Positions 50,375 through 60,380 of a stretch of 64,000 nucleotides of DNA are shown piece after piece. Under the pieces are notes generated by a model. It was not told the DNA's origin and searched no databases. It worked only from the letters and a program-made list of their open reading frames with translations. Within the stretch, counting starts at the first letter, position 1, and every line of letters starts with the position of its first letter. The position numbers and the translations under genes are program-made. Source of the stretch: Fibrobacteria bacterium (GTDB lineage: Bacteria > Fibrobacterota > Fibrobacteria > UBA11236 > JADFYW01); NCBI GenBank assembly GCA_050294405.1, contig JBNKOC010000031.1:1-64000 (forward strand), written 5' to 3'.

Positions 50375-51784
50375 ATGAAACCACAACTCAAGGTTGTTCG
50401 TTTTGTATTGATGTTAGCATCATTTAATTTTGCAGGGTTTATTGATGCTATTCGGGATTTTGATAATGATCACAGCACTATACCTGCAAAGTTATCTGAA
50501 ATTGGTATGTATTCAGATATAGCCAATAAGGTTTTGGCGGAAGATTTGGTTTACTATGAAGTTAACACGCCTTACTGGGTGGATGGCACCCATAAGAAGC
50601 GCTGGATTTGGCTTCCTCCCGGAACTCAAATTGTTCCTAACGATTCCATTGGCTGGGAATATCCTGAGGGTACGGTTATAGCTAAAAACTTTTATCTGGA
50701 TACCATTATTGGGGATCCTGCTTCTGAAATTTTAATAGAGACCCGGCTAAATATTAAGCGGGCTGCAAGATGGCGCTATATTACTTTTGAGTGGAGGTTA
50801 GATCAAACAGATGCCAATTTGGTAGCCAAATCAGGAATTAGGGACGTGTTTTTCAGGCGTTGGGCTAATGGAAATCAAGTTTTATTTCGTTGGAAATACC
50901 CAAATACAGGAATGTGTACTAATTGCCATGATCCATTTGGTGCAATTGGTATAAACGGCCCAAATATGAATTTAACCAGCCCCTTGGACGGCACAAAAAA
51001 CCAACTGCAAGATTTGGCCGATAGGGGAGTGTTTTCTGTTAATTTATTGGCGGCTAACCCCACTTTACATAAATGGGTAGACTTGGATGACCCAGAAGCA
51101 TCCTTAGAAGTAAAATCTCGCTCTTGGTTCGCTATGAATTGCGGGTATTGCCATAGAGACGATAACAGCCCTGGTGGTGCGCATAGTTTTACTTATTGGA
51201 AGAAAGATAAGGAAGCTAATTATTTAGATTTACCAGCATATGCTTTTGCGGAATTTCCAAAGCTAATTGTACCTGGCGCTCCAGATAGTTCTTACTTTCT
51301 AAAACGGATGACCTCTAGAAAAACTTTTAACACTTATAATGGAACCCAAATGCCTCCTGAGTTGACATACATTGTGGATTCTGCAGCGGTAAAAGTTATT
51401 TCTGACTGGATTTGTGAACTAGGCAACAAACCTGCGGGTTGTAACCCCATTGCATATAGTGAACCATTAACAGTAGAAGAAGATGAATTTATTAACGATC
51501 CCGAGGGTTATTTGCCTAATATAAAATCTCTTCCGGTTAATCCTCATTCTAAGATAGACCCCATTTCAATTCCTACTGCTTTTGTTAGAAACCAGGTGCT
51601 TTTTGTGAATGGGGTAAATGTTAAGGAAAGCCAAATTATCCTAACAGATTTAAAGGGCAACAGCTTGAAGCTAAGAAAATTAGGGGCTAGCCGTTATTAT
51701 GTTGAGGATGCTTTGCCCCCAGGGATTTACATTATAAAAGCTGGGGCAAAAAGTTTAAAAATCCAAAATTTGGGTAAGCCTTAA
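50375..51784 (+). CDS. Secreted diheme c-type cytochrome with T9SS-like C-terminal domain, paralogue 3
   Basis: Signal peptide; CTNCH and CGYCH; QMPP; tail LTDLKGN...LPPGIYIIKA. Closest to paralogue 2. Confidence 0.78.
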   Translation: MKPQLKVVRFVLMLASFNFAGFIDAIRDFDNDHSTIPAKLSEIGMYSDIANKVLAEDLVYYEVNTPYWVDGTHKKRWIWLPPGTQIVPNDSIGWEYPEGTVIAKNFYLDTIIGDPASEILIETRLNIKRAARWRYITFEWRLDQTDANLVAKSGIRDVFFRRWANGNQVLFRWKYPNTGMCTNCHDPFGAIGINGPNMNLTSPLDGTKNQLQDLADRGVFSVNLLAANPTLHKWVDLDDPEASLEVKSRSWFAMNCGYCHRDDNSPGGAHSFTYWKKDKEANYLDLPAYAFAEFPKLIVPGAPDSSYFLKRMTSRKTFNTYNGTQMPPELTYIVDSAAVKVISDWICELGNKPAGCNPIAYSEPLTVEEDEFINDPEGYLPNIKSLPVNPHSKIDPISIPTAFVRNQVLFVNGVNVKESQIILTDLKGNSLKLRKLGASRYYVEDALPPGIYIIKAGAKSLKIQNLGKP

Positions 51785-51921
51785 GCATATTACATCTTTA
51801 TTTGGTTTGATTATCAGCTATTGCTGGAAGCCCAAGAACGAAAAATTTGCTTGGGCTATGGTCAAATTCTGAAGGAATTGTGTAATTTAATAACAGGCTT
51901 TATAATAGGGGATATCGCGTT

Positions 51922-53346
51922 ATGTTTTCTCGTTGGATTCGCATTATAGCTTTTATGTTTCTGGCTTCCGGGCCTTTGTTTGCTGGTTTTGTAGAGTCTG
52001 TATCCAGCTTTAGTGGAGATTATGCCACAGTTCCCAAACAATTGTCTTTGACTGGGATGTATAGCGATTTTGCCACAAGGCAATTGAGTCCGGATGTTAT
52101 TCCCTATGAAGTAAATTCTCCTTTGTGGTCAGATGCCGATGCTTCTTATAAACATCGTTATATATGGTTACCTCAGGGCGCAAGTATCGTACCCAATGAT
52201 TCCATTGGCTGGGATTATCCGGATGGAGCAGTTGTTGTGAAAAACTTTTCCTTGGATACTATAGTTGGCGATGTTAATAGTGTAATATTAATTGAAACGC
52301 GACTATTAGTTAAGCAAACTGATCAGTGGTATTATTTGACTTATGAATGGAAACTGGATCAAACTGAAGCTTACTTGGTAAATGACAGATATGGAAAAGA
52401 TGCCATTTTTCGCAGATGGGATAATGGCCAATTAGTCCATTGGAGATGGAACTACCCTAGCAAAAGCCAGTGCATGCAATGTCATCAGCTATCCGTAGGA
52501 GCTGTGGGAATAAATGGGCCTAATATGAATCGGGAAAGCGCTCTTACTCCGGGTAAAAACCAATTGGAAGATTTAGTGGATAAAGGAATCCTTTCTAAAA
52601 ACCTCCTGGCTGAAACTCCCAATTTACACCGTTGGTATAATACTCAGGATGCTTCTGCGACTACAGAACAAAAAGCGAGGTCCTTTTTAGCAATGAACTG
52701 TGGGTATTGCCATTCCAACGAGTACAAAGCTGGAGGGGCCCATAGTTTTAGCTATTGGACGGAAAATCAAGAGCCAGATTATCTGGATATGGAAAGTTTT
52801 GCGGAGGTGGGTTACCCTAAATTTGTGTACGCTGGGAGGCCAGATAGCTCCTACATCCTTAAACGAATGACTTCCAGGGGAACTTTTGTTACAAAAAATT
52901 ACTCCCAAATGCCTCCCCTTGGAACTTTCTTAGTACCGGAACATGCCTTAAAAGCGGTCTCAGATTGGATTTGTCAGCTTGGGGGGCAGCCCGAGGGCTG
53001 CAACCCAATGAGCCCAGATCCCGGACCTTCTGTGGAAGAGGACGAATTTGTAGATGATCCAGCTTGGTGGATGGCTGCGGTAAAAAATAACAGCCTGACT
53101 TCTGTCCATTTTCCAGTTTCCCAAAAAAACAGGGAATCCTTTGATCTTCGCTTTGCAGGACAGCAATTGCAGCTTTTTGGAAATTTAAATATGGTCAGGG
53201 AAATCCTACTTCGAGATTTACATGGCAAAAGTATTCCTCTCAAAAACCTGGGGAATGGGAGTTATTTTATTCCTCAGTCTTTGTCGGCAGGAGTTTACAC
53301 TCTTTCTATAAACGGAAGGGCGCACAAAATCCATTACTTGAATTAA
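51922..53346 (+). CDS. Secreted diheme c-type cytochrome with T9SS-like C-terminal domain, paralogue 4
   Basis: Signal peptide; CMQCH and CGYCH; QMPP; tail LRDLHGK...LSAGVYTLSI. Confidence 0.78.
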   Translation: MFSRWIRIIAFMFLASGPLFAGFVESVSSFSGDYATVPKQLSLTGMYSDFATRQLSPDVIPYEVNSPLWSDADASYKHRYIWLPQGASIVPNDSIGWDYPDGAVVVKNFSLDTIVGDVNSVILIETRLLVKQTDQWYYLTYEWKLDQTEAYLVNDRYGKDAIFRRWDNGQLVHWRWNYPSKSQCMQCHQLSVGAVGINGPNMNRESALTPGKNQLEDLVDKGILSKNLLAETPNLHRWYNTQDASATTEQKARSFLAMNCGYCHSNEYKAGGAHSFSYWTENQEPDYLDMESFAEVGYPKFVYAGRPDSSYILKRMTSRGTFVTKNYSQMPPLGTFLVPEHALKAVSDWICQLGGQPEGCNPMSPDPGPSVEEDEFVDDPAWWMAAVKNNSLTSVHFPVSQKNRESFDLRFAGQQLQLFGNLNMVREILLRDLHGKSIPLKNLGNGSYFIPQSLSAGVYTLSINGRAHKIHYLN

Positions 53347-53430
53347 GACAATTGTTTCTCATGGCTAACCCATAGTTTTTAGCTATTAAAATTGTATTTT
53401 TATTAGCAAATTAGCCCTGGGAACCCCCCG

Positions 53431-54600
53431 ATGATTCTTTTAAAACTAATACCTCCAATATTTATTCTTTTTTTGGCCTTTTTAGGGTTTAGCTGGTTGT
53501 CCGGCATGAAAGAGGAGCCAAAAAAATTTGAAAGACCGCCCTCTGCAAAAACAGTTAAGGCCAAGGTAGTCGAGTTTAAACAACTAAAGCCTGTTTTATC
53601 AGCCTTGGGGCAAATAAGAAGCGAACAACCAGTTCAGTTAGCCAGTGAAGTTTCCGGTGTTGTGGAAAACGAAAATTTTGTTTTAAAAAATGGAGTGGCC
53701 TTTCAAAAAGGACAGATACTTTTAAAAATTGATTCTCGCAGGGCGGAGCTCCAATTTAAAACGGCAGTTTCTGATTTAATGAATGCCACTGCTAACATTT
53801 TGCCGGAAATACAAGTGGATATCCCCGAGGCCTTTGACAAGTGGAAAGGCTTTTTTGAAAAGCTTTCTTTTGAAAATTTGCCTCCCTTGCCTCCCGAAGG
53901 CGGATCAAAAGAAAAGTTGTATGTAAGCCGCTATAACCTGTTTAAGCTGTACTTCGCGGCAGAAACCCAGAGAATAAATTTAGACAAACATGTATTGAAA
54001 GCTCCATTTAGCGGAGCTGTAGTTCAGTCGCAGGTTAGACCAGGCTCGACAGTAGGCCAGGGTATGGCTCTGGGAACACTTTCCAGAACAGATAAATATG
54101 AAGTGGAAGTGCCCATATCAACAGTTGAAGCAGGATGGGTGGACGTCGGCGAAAATGTTACAGTGAAAGTGGAAAGCACAGGAGAAAAATTAGAGGGGAA
54201 AGTCTCTAGAATCGCCCAATCACTGTCGCAGCAAAACCAAACAGTTTCCCTTTTTGTAACTCTCAATAAAGGCCGTTCCAAGGATATTTTAGACGGTATG
54301 TATGGACAGGTGGAAATACCGGCCAATACCATTCAAACCAGCTTTGAATTTCCTCTTAAAGCAATAAAAGATGGGAATAAAATTTTCAAAATTTCCGCAG
54401 GAAAAATGGTGGAAGTAGAAGTGGAATTTTTAAAAATTGGCAACAATGGATACATATTATCCGGTGTTGCCGAAGGCGACACAGTTGCGTTGGATCGTTT
54501 GGCCGATGCCATTGAAGGTATGAACGTTCGCGCCGATTTAGGTCTAATGCCTGCTTCACCAGCGGAACCTGAGGCTTCCACCTCCCTTAGCGCGCATTAA
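53431..54600 (+). CDS. RND efflux membrane fusion protein
   Basis: N-terminal anchor, LASEVSG, KGQILLKID, LKAPFSG, GMYGQVEI. Confidence 0.9.
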   Translation: MILLKLIPPIFILFLAFLGFSWLSGMKEEPKKFERPPSAKTVKAKVVEFKQLKPVLSALGQIRSEQPVQLASEVSGVVENENFVLKNGVAFQKGQILLKIDSRRAELQFKTAVSDLMNATANILPEIQVDIPEAFDKWKGFFEKLSFENLPPLPPEGGSKEKLYVSRYNLFKLYFAAETQRINLDKHVLKAPFSGAVVQSQVRPGSTVGQGMALGTLSRTDKYEVEVPISTVEAGWVDVGENVTVKVESTGEKLEGKVSRIAQSLSQQNQTVSLFVTLNKGRSKDILDGMYGQVEIPANTIQTSFEFPLKAIKDGNKIFKISAGKMVEVEVEFLKIGNNGYILSGVAEGDTVALDRLADAIEGMNVRADLGLMPASPAEPEASTSLSAH

Positions 54601-54603
54601 TAT

Positions 54604-57600
54604 ATGAATAGCCTCATTCGCTTTTTCATAATGCATCCTATTTGGGCCAATGCCCTGATGTTTAGCATTTTGATATTTGGTTATTTGTCCGCTATAAACA
54701 TGAAATCGAGTTTTTTTCCTGAATCCCAAAGCCAGTTGATCACTATTCAGGCAGATTATCCGGGAACGAGCCCTGAAGAAATCGAATCCGGAATTATACT
54801 TAAGATTGAGGAAAATCTGGAAGGGATAGAAGGAATAGAAGATATTATTTCTGTTTCTACAGAGAACTCGGGTCGCGTTGAAGTTTTTGTAATGGATGGC
54901 TACGATGTTAATGAAGTCTTGACAGATGTGAAAAATGCGGTAGACCGAATTTCTTCTTATCCGGCTGGAGCGGAAAAGCCCATTATATACTTGAGTAAAA
55001 GCCAGTTCCCCACCTTAACATTGGCTCTGTACGGCAATGCGGATTTGTGGGCTTTAAAAGAACGGGCCGAAAATTTTCGAGATGAAGTTATTGCCATTCC
55101 TGGGATTTCGCAAATTGAAATACAGGGTATTCCCCAGCGGGAAATTGCCATAGAGGTTCGGGAAGCCGCGTTGCGTCAATACAATCTGAGTTTCGATGAT
55201 TTTGTGGGCGCAGTGCGCTCTACTAATGTGGATATATCTGGGGGTATATTGGAGAGCGCCGAGGAAGAATATTTGATTCGCAGCCGCGGCAAAAAATACG
55301 ACGCCCATTCTATCGAATCCATTGTCTTGAAAAGCACGGCGGAAGGCAATTTATTGAGAGTAGGGGATGTGGCCAAGGTTGAGGAAAAATGGGCAGACAA
55401 CCCCAAAAGCAATTTTTACAACGGAAAGCGAGCGGTAATCATTAATGTTACAAAAACCATTGATGAAGACATACTATACATCGCTGAAAATGTGAAAGAG
55501 AAAATGGAGGAATTTTCTCAAAAGCATCCTGAGGTGGAGTTCGCTATCATTGTAGATAGAACTGTGCATCTTATCGGCCGTATACAACTTTTACAAAAGA
55601 ACGGTATCCTTGGTTTTATTTTGGTCATATTGTCCCTTGGCTTTTTCCTGAATGCCCGGGTGGCTTTTTGGGTGGCTTTGGGTATTCCTATTTCTTTTGC
55701 AGGAATGTTTATTCTTGCGGAAATGATTGGTATCACCATTAACGTTATTTCACTGTTCGGAATGATTGTGGTGGTTGGGATGTTGGTGGACGATGCTATT
55801 GTGGTGGCAGAAAGCATTTACCAACGACATGAAAATGGCGAGTCTCCTATGCAGGCCGCCATAAAAGGAACTGTGGAAGTTATTGCTCCCGTATTTACCG
55901 CGGTGTTCACAACCATATTTGCTTTTTTACCGTTTTTCTTCTTGCAGGGAGAACTAGGAAAAATTTTCTGGCAAATTGCCTTTGTGGTAATTGCGGCCTT
56001 ATTGTTTTCTTTGTTAGAATCTTTGTTAATTCTACCGGCGCATCTTGCCCATTCCAAAGGGTTAATTCCCAATCAAAAGCCCTTTGTTGTGAGACGTTGG
56101 TTCGATAATATTTTTAACTGGATTCGCGATAAACTATTTAGTCCGACCCTGGCCTGGTCGTTAAGGCATAAATATATCACCATGGCTATTCCCTTTGCGC
56201 TTCTAATGTGGAGCTTTGGAATGGTAAAAGGTCAATTGGTGGGAGTTAGCCCTTTTCCCCATGTACCTCGAGATAATTTTAATGTGAGCTTGTCTTTAGC
56301 TCCAGGGTCCCAGGAATATATTACCGACTCTCTTTTACAATTGATTGAGGAAAAAATATGGCTGTTAAATGATTCTCTTTCTGAAGTACGTGAAGATGGG
56401 GAAAAAGTTGTTGTATCTGTACAACGGGTTCTTGGAAGCAATACCCTAAGAGAATCCGGGAGCCACGCGGGCATGTTGAAAGTGGAATTGCTTGATGGAG
56501 AAAAACGCAACTTAGATGTTTATTTGGTTTCCAATTTGCTTCGAAATAAAGTAGGCCGCTTAAGCGGAGTGGAAAAATTGGAATTCGGAGGCGGAGGCCG
56601 TTGGGGCAAACCCATTAATGTTAGCTTGCTTGGCAATGATCACAAGGAGCTTAAAAAAGCTGCGGAATTGCTCAAACAAAAGCTATCTGAATACAGCTCT
56701 CTGAAGGATGTCATGGACAACGACATATCCGGTCGTCGAGAAATAAATATTCAGCTTTTGCCAAAAGCCCATGCTTTGAATTTAACATCCCAGGAAATAT
56801 CCAGACAAATCAGACAGGGCTTTTTTGGCCAGGAAATTCAGCGCCTCCAGCGAGGGCGCGATGAAATTCGGGTTTGGGTGAGGTACAGCAAGGAGGATAG
56901 AAATTCCCTGGGAAAATTAGAAAACATGAGAATCAGGGTAGCTGCTAAGGAGTATCCCTTATCAGAACTGGTTAAATATTCTATTGAGCGTGGAGTTGTT
57001 AGTATTGTTCACTATAACGGCAAAAAAGAAATTCGAGTAGAAGCGGATATGGAAGATCCTCAAGCTCCAGTTCCTCCTATTATGGAAGAGGTGAAAAATA
57101 AAACCGTTCCTGAAGTTTTATCACAGGTTTCCGGGGTAATGGCGGACTATGCTGGTCGTGAAAAAGACAACCAAAAATTCAACCATTGGTTAACCCACAC
57201 CTATTTCTTTGGATTATTGGCCATTCTTTTAATTTTAATTTTGGTGTTTCGTTCCTATTTGCAATCCCTGATAATTTTCTTAATGATTCCCACGGGATTT
57301 ATAGGTTCTATTCTGGGGCATTTTGCACATGATAAAGTTATTAGCCGTCTTTCCATGTATGGTATGGTGGCTCTCGCAGGAATTGTGATAAACGATTGTA
57401 TTGTATACATCGATAAAATAAATAAAAACATACGCAGCGGAATGACTATATATGAAGCTATTCACAATGCGGGCCTCACCCGGCTTCGTCCCATAATGCT
57501 CACTACAATTACCACAGTTTTGGGTTTGGCGCCTTTAATAGGGGAGACCAGCAGGCAAGCTCAATACCTGATTCCCATGGCTATTTCCATTGCCTGGGGC

Positions 57601-57825
57601 CTAGGTTTTTCGTCTATAATAATTTTATACCTGGTCCCCTCGCTGATGTTGGCCTTGAATGATGTTCGGTACTATTTTGCGAAATACTGGAAATGGCAAA
57701 CGGAAGGTTTGGTGGCTCCAGTAAGCGATAGAGAAATTACCAGAGAATCCGTTGAGCCCGCAACCATAGAGTTGGAAGAACAAAAACATGTCGATGAGGA
57801 GTCGGAAGGGGTAGATAAACATTGA
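54604..57825 (+). CDS. RND efflux permease (AcrB/AcrD/AcrF family)
   Basis: YPGTSPEEIE, GMLVDDAIVVAE, RLRPIMLTTITT; 1073 aa. Confidence 0.93.
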   Translation: MNSLIRFFIMHPIWANALMFSILIFGYLSAINMKSSFFPESQSQLITIQADYPGTSPEEIESGIILKIEENLEGIEGIEDIISVSTENSGRVEVFVMDGYDVNEVLTDVKNAVDRISSYPAGAEKPIIYLSKSQFPTLTLALYGNADLWALKERAENFRDEVIAIPGISQIEIQGIPQREIAIEVREAALRQYNLSFDDFVGAVRSTNVDISGGILESAEEEYLIRSRGKKYDAHSIESIVLKSTAEGNLLRVGDVAKVEEKWADNPKSNFYNGKRAVIINVTKTIDEDILYIAENVKEKMEEFSQKHPEVEFAIIVDRTVHLIGRIQLLQKNGILGFILVILSLGFFLNARVAFWVALGIPISFAGMFILAEMIGITINVISLFGMIVVVGMLVDDAIVVAESIYQRHENGESPMQAAIKGTVEVIAPVFTAVFTTIFAFLPFFFLQGELGKIFWQIAFVVIAALLFSLLESLLILPAHLAHSKGLIPNQKPFVVRRWFDNIFNWIRDKLFSPTLAWSLRHKYITMAIPFALLMWSFGMVKGQLVGVSPFPHVPRDNFNVSLSLAPGSQEYITDSLLQLIEEKIWLLNDSLSEVREDGEKVVVSVQRVLGSNTLRESGSHAGMLKVELLDGEKRNLDVYLVSNLLRNKVGRLSGVEKLEFGGGGRWGKPINVSLLGNDHKELKKAAELLKQKLSEYSSLKDVMDNDISGRREINIQLLPKAHALNLTSQEISRQIRQGFFGQEIQRLQRGRDEIRVWVRYSKEDRNSLGKLENMRIRVAAKEYPLSELVKYSIERGVVSIVHYNGKKEIRVEADMEDPQAPVPPIMEEVKNKTVPEVLSQVSGVMADYAGREKDNQKFNHWLTHTYFFGLLAILLILILVFRSYLQSLIIFLMIPTGFIGSILGHFAHDKVISRLSMYGMVALAGIVINDCIVYIDKINKNIRSGMTIYEAIHNAGLTRLRPIMLTTITTVLGLAPLIGETSRQAQYLIPMAISIAWGLGFSSIIILYLVPSLMLALNDVRYYFAKYWKWQTEGLVAPVSDREITRESVEPATIELEEQKHVDEESEGVDKH

Positions 57826-59123
57826 TTAGGTATTTTCTTATATTTATTCTATTGGCCTTGGTATCAGCTGAACCTATTCGCCTCAGCCTTAGCGATGCCC
57901 TCAAAATAGGTATGGAAAAAAATTTTGATATCCAAATTCAACAAACTCGGGATCAAAAGATAAAAAACAATCAATTGCTAAGTTTAGGGGCGCTACTTCC
58001 CAACATCGATGCCAAAGCCGGAGCCAATCACTCCTTAAGCGACAAAACCTCAGATTCCCCAACAAGTCTTGGAAGCGGGATAGAAACCAATACTAATATC
58101 AATGCCGGCATTGAAATGAACTGGACTTTGTTTGATGGATTTAAAATGTTTGCTTATAAAAAAGTATTGGACAGACAACTGTCCATTTCTGAGGAAGAAC
58201 TGAAAATAAACATGGAATTGTTAGCGGTTCAAATCATTCAGAACTATTACGAAATTGCTACCAATCAGTTTTTTATAAGGATGGCAGAAAAACAACTGGA
58301 AATTAGCAAGCAGCGTATGGAAAAAATGGAAATGAGAAAAGAGCTGGGAGCTTCTACGGAAAGGGATTTTTTAAATGCCAGAGTTGCCTATAATGCCGAC
58401 AGATCACTGCTTCATAATCGCAATTTACAACATTTTAATTCCGTGGAAAATTTAAAAATGCTTTTGGGTTATCCCAAATTAGATAGCTTCTTAGTAAATG
58501 AAGAAATCCACCATTCAAAAGGTTTAAAGGATGTTAGCTATTGGATAAGAAATGCAAATGAAAAAAACAAAAGCCTTAGCCTAAATCAGCAATTGATTAA
58601 TCTGGAAGAACTCAATGTATCTATAGCGAAGTCCAGCTATTGGCCGCAGATAATTGCTACTGGAAGTTATGCTCTCAGCAGTAATGATATATCCATTGGA
58701 GATAGGGATGTTCATGCGGAATCGAATGGATTTTCCATTGGAATTCAAGCAAGACTCCCTTTATTTGCTGGTTTTAGAAACTTAACTGCGGCAAAAAATG
58801 CAAAATTGGAACGGCGGGCTGTTGAACTCAACTTAAATAAAGTTCAATTGGAATTGGAATCATTGGTTAGAAGGCAATATGCTGTGCTGGTAAATGCCCA
58901 TAGCCAAATTTCCTATGAGAAAGAAGCGGTGGAGCTTTCCAAGCGTAATTTGGATTTAAGTGAGGCACAATTGAAATTAGGCGGGGCAGAAAATCTGGAA
59001 TTCAGAGAAGCACAATTAGCCTATTTTGAAGCGGAAGTTCGACTAGCTCAGGCTAAGTTTCAATATCAGTTAGCATCGGTGGAACTGGAACGTTTAAGCG
59101 GAATGTTTAGCTTAAACGAGTAG
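57822..59123 (+). CDS. TolC-family outer-membrane efflux protein
   Basis: Signal peptide, LSLSDAL...KN, LLPNI, WTLFDGF, LPLFAGF repeat architecture. Confidence 0.9.
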   Translation: MIRYFLIFILLALVSAEPIRLSLSDALKIGMEKNFDIQIQQTRDQKIKNNQLLSLGALLPNIDAKAGANHSLSDKTSDSPTSLGSGIETNTNINAGIEMNWTLFDGFKMFAYKKVLDRQLSISEEELKINMELLAVQIIQNYYEIATNQFFIRMAEKQLEISKQRMEKMEMRKELGASTERDFLNARVAYNADRSLLHNRNLQHFNSVENLKMLLGYPKLDSFLVNEEIHHSKGLKDVSYWIRNANEKNKSLSLNQQLINLEELNVSIAKSSYWPQIIATGSYALSSNDISIGDRDVHAESNGFSIGIQARLPLFAGFRNLTAAKNAKLERRAVELNLNKVQLELESLVRRQYAVLVNAHSQISYEKEAVELSKRNLDLSEAQLKLGGAENLEFREAQLAYFEAEVRLAQAKFQYQLASVELERLSGMFSLNE

Positions 59124-59130
59124 TTTTTAA

Positions 59131-60309
59131 TTATAATTCTCCTCCAAAAGAAATGGATCGATTGCCAAATTTTTGTTTTACCTTGTCCATCGCGGTTTCG
59201 GTTTTTTCCCAACTAAATTTTTCATTTTGGTTAAAAAACAAATCCGTTTGAGTTCCATTGTCAAAATGAGTGATACCCACGCCTATCAGTCTTATTTTTT
59301 TGCCTTTAATTTTACAAACATCTATTAACTCCACAGCCGTTTCAAAAATAGTTTTGGAAGAATTGGTGGAAAGTGCCAAAGTTTTCCTTTTAGAGTGTCT
59401 GGAAAAATCACTGTTGCGATAGGTTAATACTACTGTTTTGCCGCTCATGTTAGCTTTTCGGGCTCTTTGAGCAACCTCACTGGACAGGCTCAGCAATAAT
59501 TTTTTCCACTCCTGAATGTTGCTGTTGTCTTTTGAAAAAGTGTGTTCTCTTGAAATTGATTTGGCTTTTTCTCCGGCTTCCACAATTCTAAAATCAATGC
59601 CTCGGGATAAATTGTAGAGGTTAAGCCCCATCTTTCCAAATTTGTTTTCCAACTCATCCTTTTTTTTTCTTTGCAGATCCGATACATAATCGATACCCAT
59701 TTTTTCTAAAATTTCTGAAGTCTTTTTTCCTACTCCCCAAATTCGCTTAATAGAAAATGGAGCAAGCCACTTAACAATTTCATCTTGTTTATCCGGCACT
59801 AATGTTATTCCGAATGGTTTATTTACATCAGAAGCGATTTTAGCCAAATACTTATTCGGCGCGACTCCAATGGAACATGTTAACTTTAATTTCTCCAGAA
59901 TGTCCTTTTGTATGGTTTGGGCAGCTTTTAATGGGGGGCCATATAATTTTTTTGTTCCAGTCATGTCCAGAAAGGCTTCGTCCACTGAAATTTGTTCCAC
60001 TTGAGGTGTGTATGTATAGAATATATCCATTAATTTTTTCGAGTAAAAAATATATTCTTTCATATTAGGCAATAAAAATATCCCCTGAGGGCATTTTTCA
60101 TAAGCCTGGTTAATAGGCATTGCTGAGTGGACTCCAAATTTCCTGGCTTCATAGCTGGCAGCTGATACAACTCCCCGACCACCTGGCCGGGCCCCAACTA
60201 TGACGGGTTTACCCTTTAGCGAAGGGTTATTTAAAACTTCCACAGAAGCGTAAAAGGCATCCATATCCACATGAAATACAACTTTGGAATTATGAATGTG
60301 TTTGTCCAT
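59131..60309 (-). CDS. dinB: DNA polymerase IV
   Basis: HVDMDAFYASVE, SYEARKFGV, SVDEAFLD, AKIASDVNKP, IWGVG, RLIGV. Confidence 0.95.
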   Translation of the reverse strand: MDKHIHNSKVVFHVDMDAFYASVEVLNNPSLKGKPVIVGARPGGRGVVSAASYEARKFGVHSAMPINQAYEKCPQGIFLLPNMKEYIFYSKKLMDIFYTYTPQVEQISVDEAFLDMTGTKKLYGPPLKAAQTIQKDILEKLKLTCSIGVAPNKYLAKIASDVNKPFGITLVPDKQDEIVKWLAPFSIKRIWGVGKKTSEILEKMGIDYVSDLQRKKKDELENKFGKMGLNLYNLSRGIDFRIVEAGEKAKSISREHTFSKDNSNIQEWKKLLLSLSSEVAQRARKANMSGKTVVLTYRNSDFSRHSKRKTLALSTNSSKTIFETAVELIDVCKIKGKKIRLIGVGITHFDNGTQTDLFFNQNEKFSWEKTETAMDKVKQKFGNRSISFGGEL

Positions 60310-60380
60310 ATGGTCAAAAATATATTCTTTAAAACAGGGTATTTTTGTTATATTTCAAAAAGGTCGTACAATTATTATTT

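Noticed and set aside
53431..59123. RND/TolC pump as exporter of the adjacent cytochromes
   Set aside because: It is an ordinary AcrB-type tripartite pump, and the cytochromes have their own signal peptides and tails. Only adjacency links them.
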